A stretch of 64,000 nucleotides of DNA, from assembly GCA_002633005.1 (NCBI GenBank), contig NMRA01001045.1, positions 620 to 64,619 on the forward strand, in the 5' to 3' direction. The notes beneath the pieces were generated by a model. It was not told the origin of the DNA and did no database searches. It saw only the letters and a program-made list of their open reading frames with translations. The DNA is from Phoronis australis. Taxonomy: Eukaryota; Animalia; Phoronida. Positions 53,845 to 64,000 of this stretch are shown here, in pieces; within the stretch, counting starts at the first letter, position 1, and the number at the start of each line of letters is the position of its first letter. Made by a program: the position numbers and the translations under genes.

Positions 53845-54463
53845 CTGTCACATCAAAACGGGTATAATAACAGTGAATTCTTCAGTTGTACAGACAAAGT
53901 GAAGTAAAACATGTTAGCCTAATGACCAAATGGTCTTCACCTGCACAGAGACAATAAAGTATGAAAAAGTACACGTTGTTAGGTTTTTGAATTTTGAAAG
54001 TTGGACAAGAAAGTGTGACTTTTACGACCTCAAAGTTTTTGTAATGTTACCATATTACAGTGTACATTCCTCGATCATTTTGCTGACTGTGCAACATAAT
54101 AAATCCAAGTGGGATCGTGCAATTCTTGGCATGACCTACATTGTGTGTTGCACAAAATCCGCGTACAGAAATGCGTTTTCTGGGAGTGCAGCTGCACTTA
54201 AGTTCCAACGTATTTCATCTTTACATGCTCTTATGATCGTCATCTGCAAGATCAAAACTGTATTTGCATGTTTACGTTTGCTATGTAGGCATTATCTGTC
54301 ATAGTAGCCCATAAAAATTAAAATCCGTGACACTCTGAATCAAATATGTACAATTTGGTGTTTCACGCGAATGCTTACAAAGTACAAAAAGTGATGTAGT
54401 TAACGCTTTCCATTTCATCATTTCCCTGAAACAAACATTCCCGTTTCAGCAGTGTGTGCTCAC

Positions 54464-54700
54464 CTGAACATAATGGAACCTGACAGTAGTGCCATCTAAC
54501 GGTAGGATCAGTAGTATAACACCACGGAGCTTTGTTTCCGATACTCACAATTCGACAGAAGTTTTCGTGCACTCTACTGGATATGCTATGGGTGTGCGGG
54601 TGCTGCGCGTCCCATTGTTGACATGGTATGCCAGAAATGGTTATACTAATTGATCCATTATAAGCATATCCTTGAGGGTCGGCCTTGCAATCGTGGTGTC
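54464..54700 (-). CDS. Gene B kringle exon (proximal)
   Basis: tttgtag|GA ... TCA G|gtgagc, 237 nt, phase 1-1. Reads HHDCKADPQGYAYNG..CQQWD..NFCR..PWCYTTDPTVRWHYCQVPLC. Confidence 0.92.
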
Positions 54701-56329
54701 CTACAAACGTCATAAGCACAAAAAAGAGAGAACGTTATTTTTCTTCACATTGTTACCTACAGTTGATTGAATTTGTCAGCTCTGCCAAAGCAACTGCCTT
54801 GGACATCTGATTGATACTCGATGATGACTCCCGACTAAGTGTTGCCAACCTGTTAGATGTCTTAGCCGGTTGAGACGGCACGACTGGCGAAGTCATTCAT
54901 GAACTGCAATTACATAGCCAAAAACTCGTCTTTCAGAGAGCAGGGCTCCGGGCTAATCTGTTTACTTGAAATCAAACTCGAAATTATTTTCGGCGTTTTC
55001 CATTCTACTTTTGTGTGAACTCAAGGTAGGTGTCTAGTATTTAATACTTGAGAACATTATGGCTTATGTGATTACGTTTACGCTTGATGAACCCAGCACT
55101 AAGCCTTAAAATTCAAGTCTGAATGTTTTACTCTAGTTTGTAGATTGAATCTAGGAAACATCAAACACAAACTTGGACTAGAAACAAATAGTACGCATAA
55201 ACCCTGATGTACTCGAGCACAGAGTCCTAGCCACATACATGTACATGCATCTCGACTTCGCACGAACGTGTGATAGAAGGTGCCAAAAATAATTTCTAGT
55301 TTGATTTTGTGTACAGAGACTAGACTCCGGCACCGGGCTGTGATCGAGTTTGAATTAGCATTTCGAACTGATCGTATTTTACGATATTTTTAATTGGCTA
55401 AGATCGCACGCTTCACTAGTTTGGCAATTCAGATTGAGCTCAGGCACCCATAAATCACATATATATTTAACTTTTCCATGGTCACAGCTCACCAACTGTC
55501 AATTAGTTGTTTACAGCCATAGCATCTAGTTAAAATATTGACTAAACCCCGCAAGATGACTATTGCTGTATTTTTGTCAAACTGCTGTGAAAGCGCTTGA
55601 GTTTAACCCTCATTGCTTGAGAGCATGTTGCTTTCACATCACAAGCACTCTATTCGGGATCCGGAGCACCAGCAGCTTTGTCGTCGGCATTATTTGACCA
55701 CCAATACGAACTCCTGTGCTGAATTTATTCGAAACACGTTTTTGGTTCGTAGGCAAGAAAAGATTCTGTTTCTCCTGTAGCCTCGCTGAACTACCCGTAA
55801 TGGAATCTCAAAAAACCTTGAGAAAGTGCTAGGCCTACGTGAACATACATGTATATACATGCATGTCTCCGAAAGTTGGGCCATGGGGTTATTTATAAGC
55901 TCATTATGTACATTAGCAAAACATTGGGCGAGTTTTGTAAACACTTATGGTACGAAACAGTGCATTTTATCCAAGGATTCAAAATCTCAATCTCGCAGAT
56001 AAAACATTTCATTGGGCGTCTTATTTTACCGTCTATTGATAATTATGTTTTAAATTAAGCTTATACGTGACTGAAAGTATTGCATATACTCATCTACATC
56101 TTATTCTTATTTCAAATTACAATATAAAATATACCCAGATGAGAAAGTTTCAAGCAAGATTCGAGTCAGAGTTGCGATTAACAGGAGACAGATCTAGCAT
56201 TATGTGTGTTCACATTTTACACGAGGATTCTTTTTATGCGCCCACATATTTATATGTGGGCCGGTGCATATGGCCGTAAACTCAGTCTGGGCGTGCGGCA
56301 TCCCGGCGCCAGGGTTGTGTCGACTGCAT

Positions 56330-57790
56330 CTCATAAACCCTCGAGAGATGGCGACGTGTTTTGGAGCGATCCGATTATCGCTCTGCCCCCTAGTGGGACT
56401 TTTATTTTTTACGTTTGCCTCTGTATCATTCGAGTTCCTTGATGAAATTTAGCAAATACGTTTCTATGAAAATGATGACGCCTTCTTACTTTTGGAACGG
56501 ATTTGACGTATCCTACGCCACCTGATGACAAATTAAACGTTTTTTACGTTTTTGAAGACCGCCTTTCTATCTGTCAAACCACTCAAAGCATTATTATGAA
56601 ATTTGTCAAATGTGTTCCTGATGAGAAGACCGCACTGATACTAATTTGCAAACGCCTTTGAGTACTCTGGCGATAGCTAGTGGCATTTTTTTTTGTTTTT
56701 GTCCACGGCTGTATCTCCTTAACTCATTGGAGGATCTACTTGGAAGATATGTTCCTATGGAGATGGTAATATATCACAACGAGTTTCAGAACAATCCCAC
56801 TACAACAGTGTTGCCTAGTGGTAGTTTTATTTCCTATCTTTGCCTCTGTATATTTGGAGTTCAATGATGTATTTTTCTGAAATTTAGCAAATATGTTTCT
56901 ATTGAGTCGACAACTATACCCTATTATTTTACCACAGATCCAACATATATTAGGTAACCTAGTGACCATTTTCATTTTTTCGAGTTTGTTTTTTTTTTTG
57001 TCCGCATCTTTATCCGCCAATCTGCTCAATGGATTGTAATGAATCATAGCAGTTGTGCTTCTGATGGGAAGACAACAGCTGACGTTGATTTTTGCACAAG
57101 TTTGAGATCTGTGACGTCCCCTATTGGTGATTGTGTATTTTTTGAGACCATGGTTGCAGCTCTTGGTTCCTTTGCTTGATGCTTGTTAACTTTTGCAGGT
57201 ATTTTCCTATAGATGTGACAATGGCTTCCCATGACATTTTGGACGGTTCTGACTACCGCCATAACTGAAGTAGCAATTTTATTTTTTCTTATGCCTCTAC
57301 ATCGACTTTTTATCTTGAAATTTGGCAAAGAATTTTCTACAATGAAGATGGTAGCATCTTTCCAATTTGGGACGGGTTTGACGTATTCTGCGCCACCCAT
57401 TGGCCATGTTAATTTTTTTGAGTCTGTTTTACCGTCAGGTTCCGTATCTGCCAAACCGATAAGATTATCTTCATGAAAATTGGCAGTTGTATTTCTACTG
57501 ACAGTAGCACGACTAGCGTAGATTTTCAGATGGATCCAACTACTGCGGTGCCCCCTAGTGACAATCTTCACTGATCCATCAAGATCACATTTTGACAAGT
57601 CTATTCCTAATAACTTGGCAACAGATGGACGGAAGCGACTACCGCTGTGCCTCCCAATGGCAATTTGTTTTACACCTGTTCTTTATCTTTGGAGTTCCTG
57701 GGCGAAGGTCATGGAATTTGAAAAATTGATAGGTATTAAGAAGACTATGGCGCTTTCATTATTTGGACAGGTTTGCAGTACTGTAAGTCA
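56330..57790 (-). repeat. Inverted third copy of the Helentron/HINE-like subunit array
   Basis: Reverse motifs such as gccccctagtgg and cgccacccattggcca occur at about 56385, 56516, 56671, 56811, 56954, 57116, 57390, 57548 and 57647. Confidence 0.65.
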
Positions 57791-58309
57791 TCTAAGGGCT
57801 GTTTTATGATACTAAAAAACAACATTCAAGCACACCGTATGAAACAGTTTGAAGTAATGTCTGTTTGAACCTTTTAACCTACTTCTTCCCGGCACACGTT
57901 TTTGACATTTATTCCATCAAAGAAAACATAAAAAACAGTAAAATTGGATGATTACGAACAATGAGTTCATCTTATCTGCTTTCCCAGTCACTCAAAAATT
58001 TATCCCGTACGCGTTGAATCAGTCAAAGGCAATGCAGCCATGTGATATTGTTTTCCGTATTCACCTCCCGCACTCCTTCAACAGTGACCTCTAATATGGA
58101 AAGGTCAAACTGTAGGTCAATTTTGACTCGACGTCGTTAGCCATTCGATCATCTTACTTTCCGAAAAGAGTTCAAAGTAATACTATTGCAGCAGTGTAAC
58201 TAACACTCGACAAGCAACCAGGTTCCAATCGTAACATCTGGAACAGGACTGTTAATTATATGAGAGTTCTGTTGCTAAATATTTTTTTAATGTTTATTAC
58301 GAAATCTTC

Positions 58310-58920
58310 AGAATACAATGAATATACATAACCCAGAAAGCGCCAAGAGGCATTAGATCTGGGTAAAAAAATACAAAGAAGTCTATATACATTGATTATA
58401 TGCGAATACATAAATAAAAACTGATGTTAAGAATACAATGGTACATGACAACGAATGAAAATAATTTATTTTCATACAGATGTATAAAATTCTATCCACT
58501 CACACAAAGAGATTTAAGGTTATAAAGAAATTCTGATACTATTTCAAATAAAACCATATTTTCGTTTGAGTTAAGTTCTTGACATCCATATAGAAAGAAA
58601 TTAATTTTGTTGTACAATTGCGGATTTCAGAGTATTTTTTTATAAACATTGGGGTATTGTTCGAGTGCCTGGAAGAGCTGTACCCTCTCCTCCTTGCATA
58701 CCTCACAAGCAAAGAAAACATGAGGATATGTCTGGGTATCTCCACAGGAACACAGAGCCGAAATATTATTAAAATTATGTCTAAATTTCTCGTTGTTTAG
58801 GAATAGACCACATCTTGATCTGTATAGGGTTACTTCATGGTTGCGGGGAAGTTGGAATGATGTCAATGGGACTGGCAAGTCTGGAGTAGTGGTATGCATT
58901 TTAAAGTTATTTTCTGTTGC
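58310..58920 (-). mobile_element. Non-LTR retrotransposon 3' fragment (C-terminal CCHC finger)
   Basis: ORF 58627-58899 reads VTLYRSRCG..LCSCGDTQTYPHVFFAC. It interrupts the repeat homologous to 20110-20413. Confidence 0.55.
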
Positions 58921-59221
58921 TAAATATCATATCGTCTGCCACTCGAACACCTATTCCTTGTTAACTACAATGTCAAATATGTTGTTATTTAACTATTTTG
59001 AGGAGATGTTACAAGCTCAGTGCATAGTTACTGTTGTTTTTATCTTTGTTATTTCTTTTCAAGTAAAAAATTGTTACATTTAAAACTGTTTCTTTTACCA
59101 GAAAAAACTTGCAACCTAAGGCGCAAGTACATGTACTTGATGTGATCCGCCTTGTAAACAGTCTGAGTGAAGTATTTAAAAAATGTCGAAAAATGAAAGA
59201 AACGTATAGGAATTCGAAGCG

Positions 59222-59390
59222 TATTTACCAAATACAAAACGTTCTTCGATTGGCGTAGATGGAGTAATATCCCACTCGACATTATTCCGCGCATCGATCG
59301 TTGGTCTCGGTCGATACGCGGAATAATGTAGAGTGGGATATCACTTCATCTACATCTACGCCACTCTTGGTACGTTTTGTGTATATTTAC
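59222..59390. mobile_element. Fold-back palindromic MITE (copy at about 63559-63727)
   Basis: Long near-perfect hairpin: agatggagtaatatcccactcgacattattccgcgcatcgatcg-loop-cggtcgatacgcggaataatgtagagtgggatatcacttcatct. Confidence 0.75.
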
Positions 59391-61126
59391 TACTATGAAC
59401 TAATCTCAATCTCCTGGGAACAGAAGTCAATATAGAGGTCCATCAACTGTTAGAAACTTGCAATGGGCATTTTGTTGGAAAATATTGAATAATTTATGTT
59501 TTGGTAAATTGAAATATGGCAAGCATTTGACAAATCTCAGGTACTATACGTGATTACTTACCTAAGGGTACTACATGTAGATTTAAATTTTTTAGTTATC
59601 AGTTAAAGACAAATTAACTTTGTGAGTGAGTCATGCAATGAAGAAATGTAACAAGGACCAAAAAGGATGCACACATTTAGATTTACAAGACCAACACAGA
59701 TGATCAATTTTCTCTGGTTCTTCCCCGCAAAAGTTGCACATTTGCAAAACGGATACTCGAACTTACATGTACATGAGAAACGCGTTCTTGAGAAGGATTA
59801 TATGCGTCAAACGAATTTGAAACCATTTTAATCATGAATCATTTGTAACTTTTACAGCACAGCTGTGGGATTTCTCCCAAAAATTCTTCAGTTCAACAAG
59901 TACTGTCTTCAGTTTTGCTTCACGTTTTGGTTTTTGCACAATTCGTTTAGCAAAGGCTTATAAGCAAATTTCCCTGGCCTCTGCCAAATTGAAACAATGT
60001 AAAATAATTGCTGGGTGTTTGGCAAAGTAACTTCACATTTATTTTTCTTACTTTGAAAATTCCATGTAATGTGTCTCTCCAGCCGTAAAATTCTCTAAAA
60101 AGCGCAGAAAAGTTCTACAAATTTGCTCATCAGCCATCAGGTTTTCCTACGAGTTTAAAAAGTCATGAGCATTCAAATAATTATTTTCATGCCATCAAAG
60201 ATGAGTTGAACCATAGTATTTCAAATGTTATATTCTCATGTTGCACAGGGAACATTCCGAGAAATTCACTGAATATTTCTCTCAGAAGACATTACGTGTA
60301 CTTTTATACCAGATCTCTTATAACTGTTACCAAATGCAGAGGTTTTACTTGTAAAACACAACTTTCGAGTTGCAAGGAAATACACGTGTTGCCAAAACGA
60401 ACGCATACAACTGTTGTGAGTATTTAAAAGGAATGTTCAGTGATAGAATGACTTGTAACAGGTCGTCATCACTTGCCAAAACACCTCCACAAAGCCATGA
60501 GGATTTCCGTAATTTAATGAACAATACAATATGAGTCATTTTACAACCCTCGAGACAGGAGTCTTAGCATGGGAGAGCCCTCTTTATTCTATCACTGTAG
60601 CACCCCAGAGAAAATTGTAAGAAAGTTTTCAACCCCAGGAATAGTTTCCTCGGGTGATGGTGGTCTTGATGATTTGATGGCAGTTATTTTGCTTAGAGAA
60701 CTTAGAATTTTGTTATTCCTAAAATTCATATTTTGAATTTTTTACGTTATTCTTCATAATTTAGTGAGATCATGTTAAAGAGGTCTAAAATAGTGTTGAA
60801 GAAATCTCTCTTTTCCATCTTAGTTTCTTTACTAGACACAAACTCCTGGCACTAAACTTAATGATTGCAATCCACACACATTTTATTTTCTAGATTAAGT
60901 TTCAAGTCCGAACACTAGTTTTAGGCGCTGCGCGAAGCAGTTAGATAAAATTTCAACTTCTTAGCAATAAGGATTGTTAAGTGCAAAAATCCCCCGTGAT
61001 CGGCCTTTTCTCGTATAATTTCAAAGTTGACGACATCTGCAGTTGCAAGTTCCACAACACCAAGGATTATTATTTTAAGTTGGGCAAGTATTTTTTTCTT
61101 CTATATAATTTTTATCATATACTCGC

Positions 61127-61363
61127 CTGAACAAAATGGTACTGGGCAATATTCCCACCTCACTGACGGGTCTGTTGTAAAGCACCACGGCACCGCTGAA
61201 TTGTCTGGATTCCTGCAGTAGTTTTCTTGCGAGACCAAATTAGTCTTTAAATGAGTATGAGGAGTCTGTGCATCCCATCTCTGACACGTCTTTCCCGACA
61301 CTGTGACTGACTTCATTCCGTCGTAATAGGCACCGGATGTAAGAAACTTACAATCCAGGCCGT
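61127..61363 (-). CDS. Gene B kringle exon (distal), with a GC splice donor
   Basis: attacag|AC ... TCA G|gcgagt, 237 nt, phase 1-1. Reads [62 protein letters not shown]. Confidence 0.9.
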
Positions 61364-63093
61364 CTGTAATTACAATTTTTGTTATAAGTTTAAATGAAAT
61401 TAAGCACTTAACGACTTAGCTTCGAGTGAGTTCAACAGATACTAGATCTCATACCATGTTAAGAAGAAGACATAGGTAGCTACAGTAATATCCTTATGAA
61501 ATCCGCAGGTGTGAAGTTCACAACAAATGCGTACTTCTCATGATCTGGAGCCGAGTGGTGCTTAACCATTTTAGATTTAGCGAGAAGTGGTAAGTGAGAT
61601 TGGGAGTTCAGGAACAATTGCAGAAGGATGTCTAGTCTACTGGACAAAGCGTGTAGAAGAATAGAAAGAAAGTAAGCTGGATAAAACATTATACAGAAAA
61701 ACAATCACGAAATACCAGAATAATTAATTAAAATTACTATAGTTTAAGGTTATTCTGACACCAGCTGATATGCCCATCCGACATTTTGAAAGCCACGCCC
61801 TCTGGTACCATGGTGCACCATGGGATAGACCCGAGTAGCCATTTTGCTTTGTACCGGACATTAATGGTGGCTCGTAAAAGCAGTGATGGGAGGTGTCGGC
61901 GGATTTACCTGTTGTATGTTTGAATGTTTCAAGAACAACAAGAAACAGCAGCATCTGAAGTACTACGAGTTCCTGGAAAATCCAGGGGCTAGAAAATTAT
62001 TGCTGAAAAACATTGTCAGAGTTTGTTATAAGTGCAAGATTAGTGAGATCGCGTCGTGTATGAACTTGGGTATTTAACCTGTGGACACTCCTATCAGAAA
62101 TGGGCCATAGCTAATACCGATAAGGAGTGTCCAGTTTTATTTCAAATGGGGGTGTATGCAAAAGCTTATGCTTATTCTCTCCTTTGCGTCGGTCGTCTGT
62201 TGAGCTTGTTCAGAGCAGACGGTTGAGAATTTTTATATCTAAAATACATGTATTGATGAAAAACATCAACATACGGTGTCATAGCATACCCCAGACGTTA
62301 ATTAAGTAGCCCTTTGACAATACAGTAGTCTCATCACGAACCCTTTTTAGCCTCAAAACAACTTGAGGTGGCGCTTGCACCAATCAAAGTCTATGACATC
62401 ATCGTTACAACGAACTGGCTTTCACTGTGTCTCCATCGTATTGGAATCAGCGATGGCCGTTTACTTTAGTAAAAAATACGTGGAAAATGAAGGAAACACA
62501 TTAATATTTCATTTCATGTCAATTAATATTAAAATCGATCAAAATCATTACCTTTAGAATGTTTTATTCAATTATTTTCCCCACATCCTAATACCGGCCC
62601 GTATGGGAATCCCCGGGAGGGTGACTGTGGTCGCCGAAACAGCTTGAAAAACAAAACGCTTCGTCCGAACAGATATCAGGCAATTTCACAATGTTTATGA
62701 TAAAGTGTAATTTACTTGATACAAAAACTTTGATGTTAGCAACTTTGCATTCATGTCTTCTAGAAGCCGAAGGAGTGAACTATGGGCGGTTCCGATACGG
62801 GCCGCTGTCGAGTGTGTGTCCCGTATTGGAATCGGCGACAAAAGGCCGTTTAATTTGGTGCAAAATTCGTGGAATCGTTACAACACCCATTGGATAGAAA
62901 ATATTAGAAACAAGATAATTGTCTTGAAATCCTGCAACCCGTAGTCGCCGCCATTTTGACTCGGTCAACCTCAAAGATTGAACATTTTATGGCAACACAA
63001 CGTTTTGAGTATCTGTAATAAAAAGCTATGAAATAAAGTCTTAATTGCATGAAAACTTACCGAACTATAAGGATTTGTAATCAATGGGGCTAN

Positions 63094-64000
63094 GCCGAAA
63101 TATTATTAAAATTATGTCTAAATTTCTCGTTGTTTAGGAATAGACCACATCTTGATCTGTATAGGGTTACTTCATGGTTGCGGGGAAGTTGGAATGATGT
63201 CAATGGGACTGGCAAGTCTGGAGTAGTGGTATGCATTTTAAAGTTATTTTCTGTTGCTAAATATCATATCGTCTGCCACTCGAACACCTATTCCTTGTTA
63301 ACTACAATGTCAAATATGTTGTTATTTAACTATTTTGAGGAGATGTTACAAGCTCAGTGCATAGTTACTGTTGTTTTTATCTTTGTTATTTCTTTTCAAG
63401 TAAAAAATTGTTACATTTAAAACTGTTTCTTTTACCAGAAAAAACTTGCAACCTAAGGCGCAAGTACATGTACTTGATGTGATCCGCCTTGTAAACAGTC
63501 TGAGTGAAGTATTTAAAAAATGTCGAAAAATGAAAGAAACGTATAGGAATTCGAAGCGTATTTACCAAATACAAAACGTTCTTCGATTGGCGTAGATGGA
63601 GTAATATCCCACTCGACATTATTCCGCGCATCGATCGTTGGTCTCGGTCGATACGCGGAATAATGTAGAGTGGGATATCACTTCATCTACATCTACGCCA
63701 CTCTTGGTACGTTTTGTGTATATTTACTACTATGAACTAATCTCAATCTCCTGGGAACAGAAGTCAATATAGAGGTCCATCAACTGTTAGAAACTTGCAA
63801 TGGGCATTTTGTTGGAAAATATTGAATAATTTATGTTTTGGTAAATTGAAATATGGCAAGCATTTGACAAATCTCAGGTACTATACGTGATTACTTACCT
63901 AAGGGTACTACATGTAGATTTAAATTTTTTAGTTATCAGTTAAAGACAAATTAACTTTGTGAGTGAGTCATGCAATGAAGAAATGTAACAAGGACCAAAA
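63094..64000. repeat. Apparently exact duplicate of 58757-59663 following a single N at 63093
   Basis: Offset is 4337, and ORF translations are identical (59049-59294 vs 63386-63631). Confidence 0.9.

Noticed and set aside
57044-57598. 184-aa ORF
   Set aside because: It is a chance open frame in the subunit repeat array with no protein motif.
58793-59083. ORF similar to 20133-20369 and 63049-63420 (VVFIFVISF)
   Set aside because: The similarity comes from a shared non-coding repeat and from the duplication after the N gap, not from a gene family.

Overview
This is AT-rich eukaryotic genomic DNA, probably from a marine invertebrate (lophotrochozoan-like, inferred from the repeat types), and mostly decayed transposable elements. 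The host-gene content is a small minus-strand tandem family of intron-containing genes with the architecture signal peptide - kringle(s) - Thr/Ser/Pro linker - C-terminal PAN/Apple-like domain. Gene A can be built completely (15820-15727, 11003-10767, 9834-9518). Gene B lacks its 5' end in this window (kringles 61363-61127 and 54700-54464, terminal exon 53844-53528). An orphan paralogous signal-peptide exon lies at 26161-26098. Mobile DNA includes RTE-X-, CR1/L2- and I-like LINE fragments, a Penelope-like element with a minimal hammerhead ribozyme, Ngaro/DIRS and Gypsy remnants, Sola3-like and AcademX-like transposons, a THAP-bearing P-like element, Kolobok-like elements and several MITEs. Three Helentron-like repeat arrays carry regularly spaced CTCF-like motifs. 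TACATGTA is strongly over-represented and, by internal comparisons, behaves as a transposon excision footprint. Two duplications next to single N bases are probably assembly artefacts. All calls were made by eye; no database search was run.
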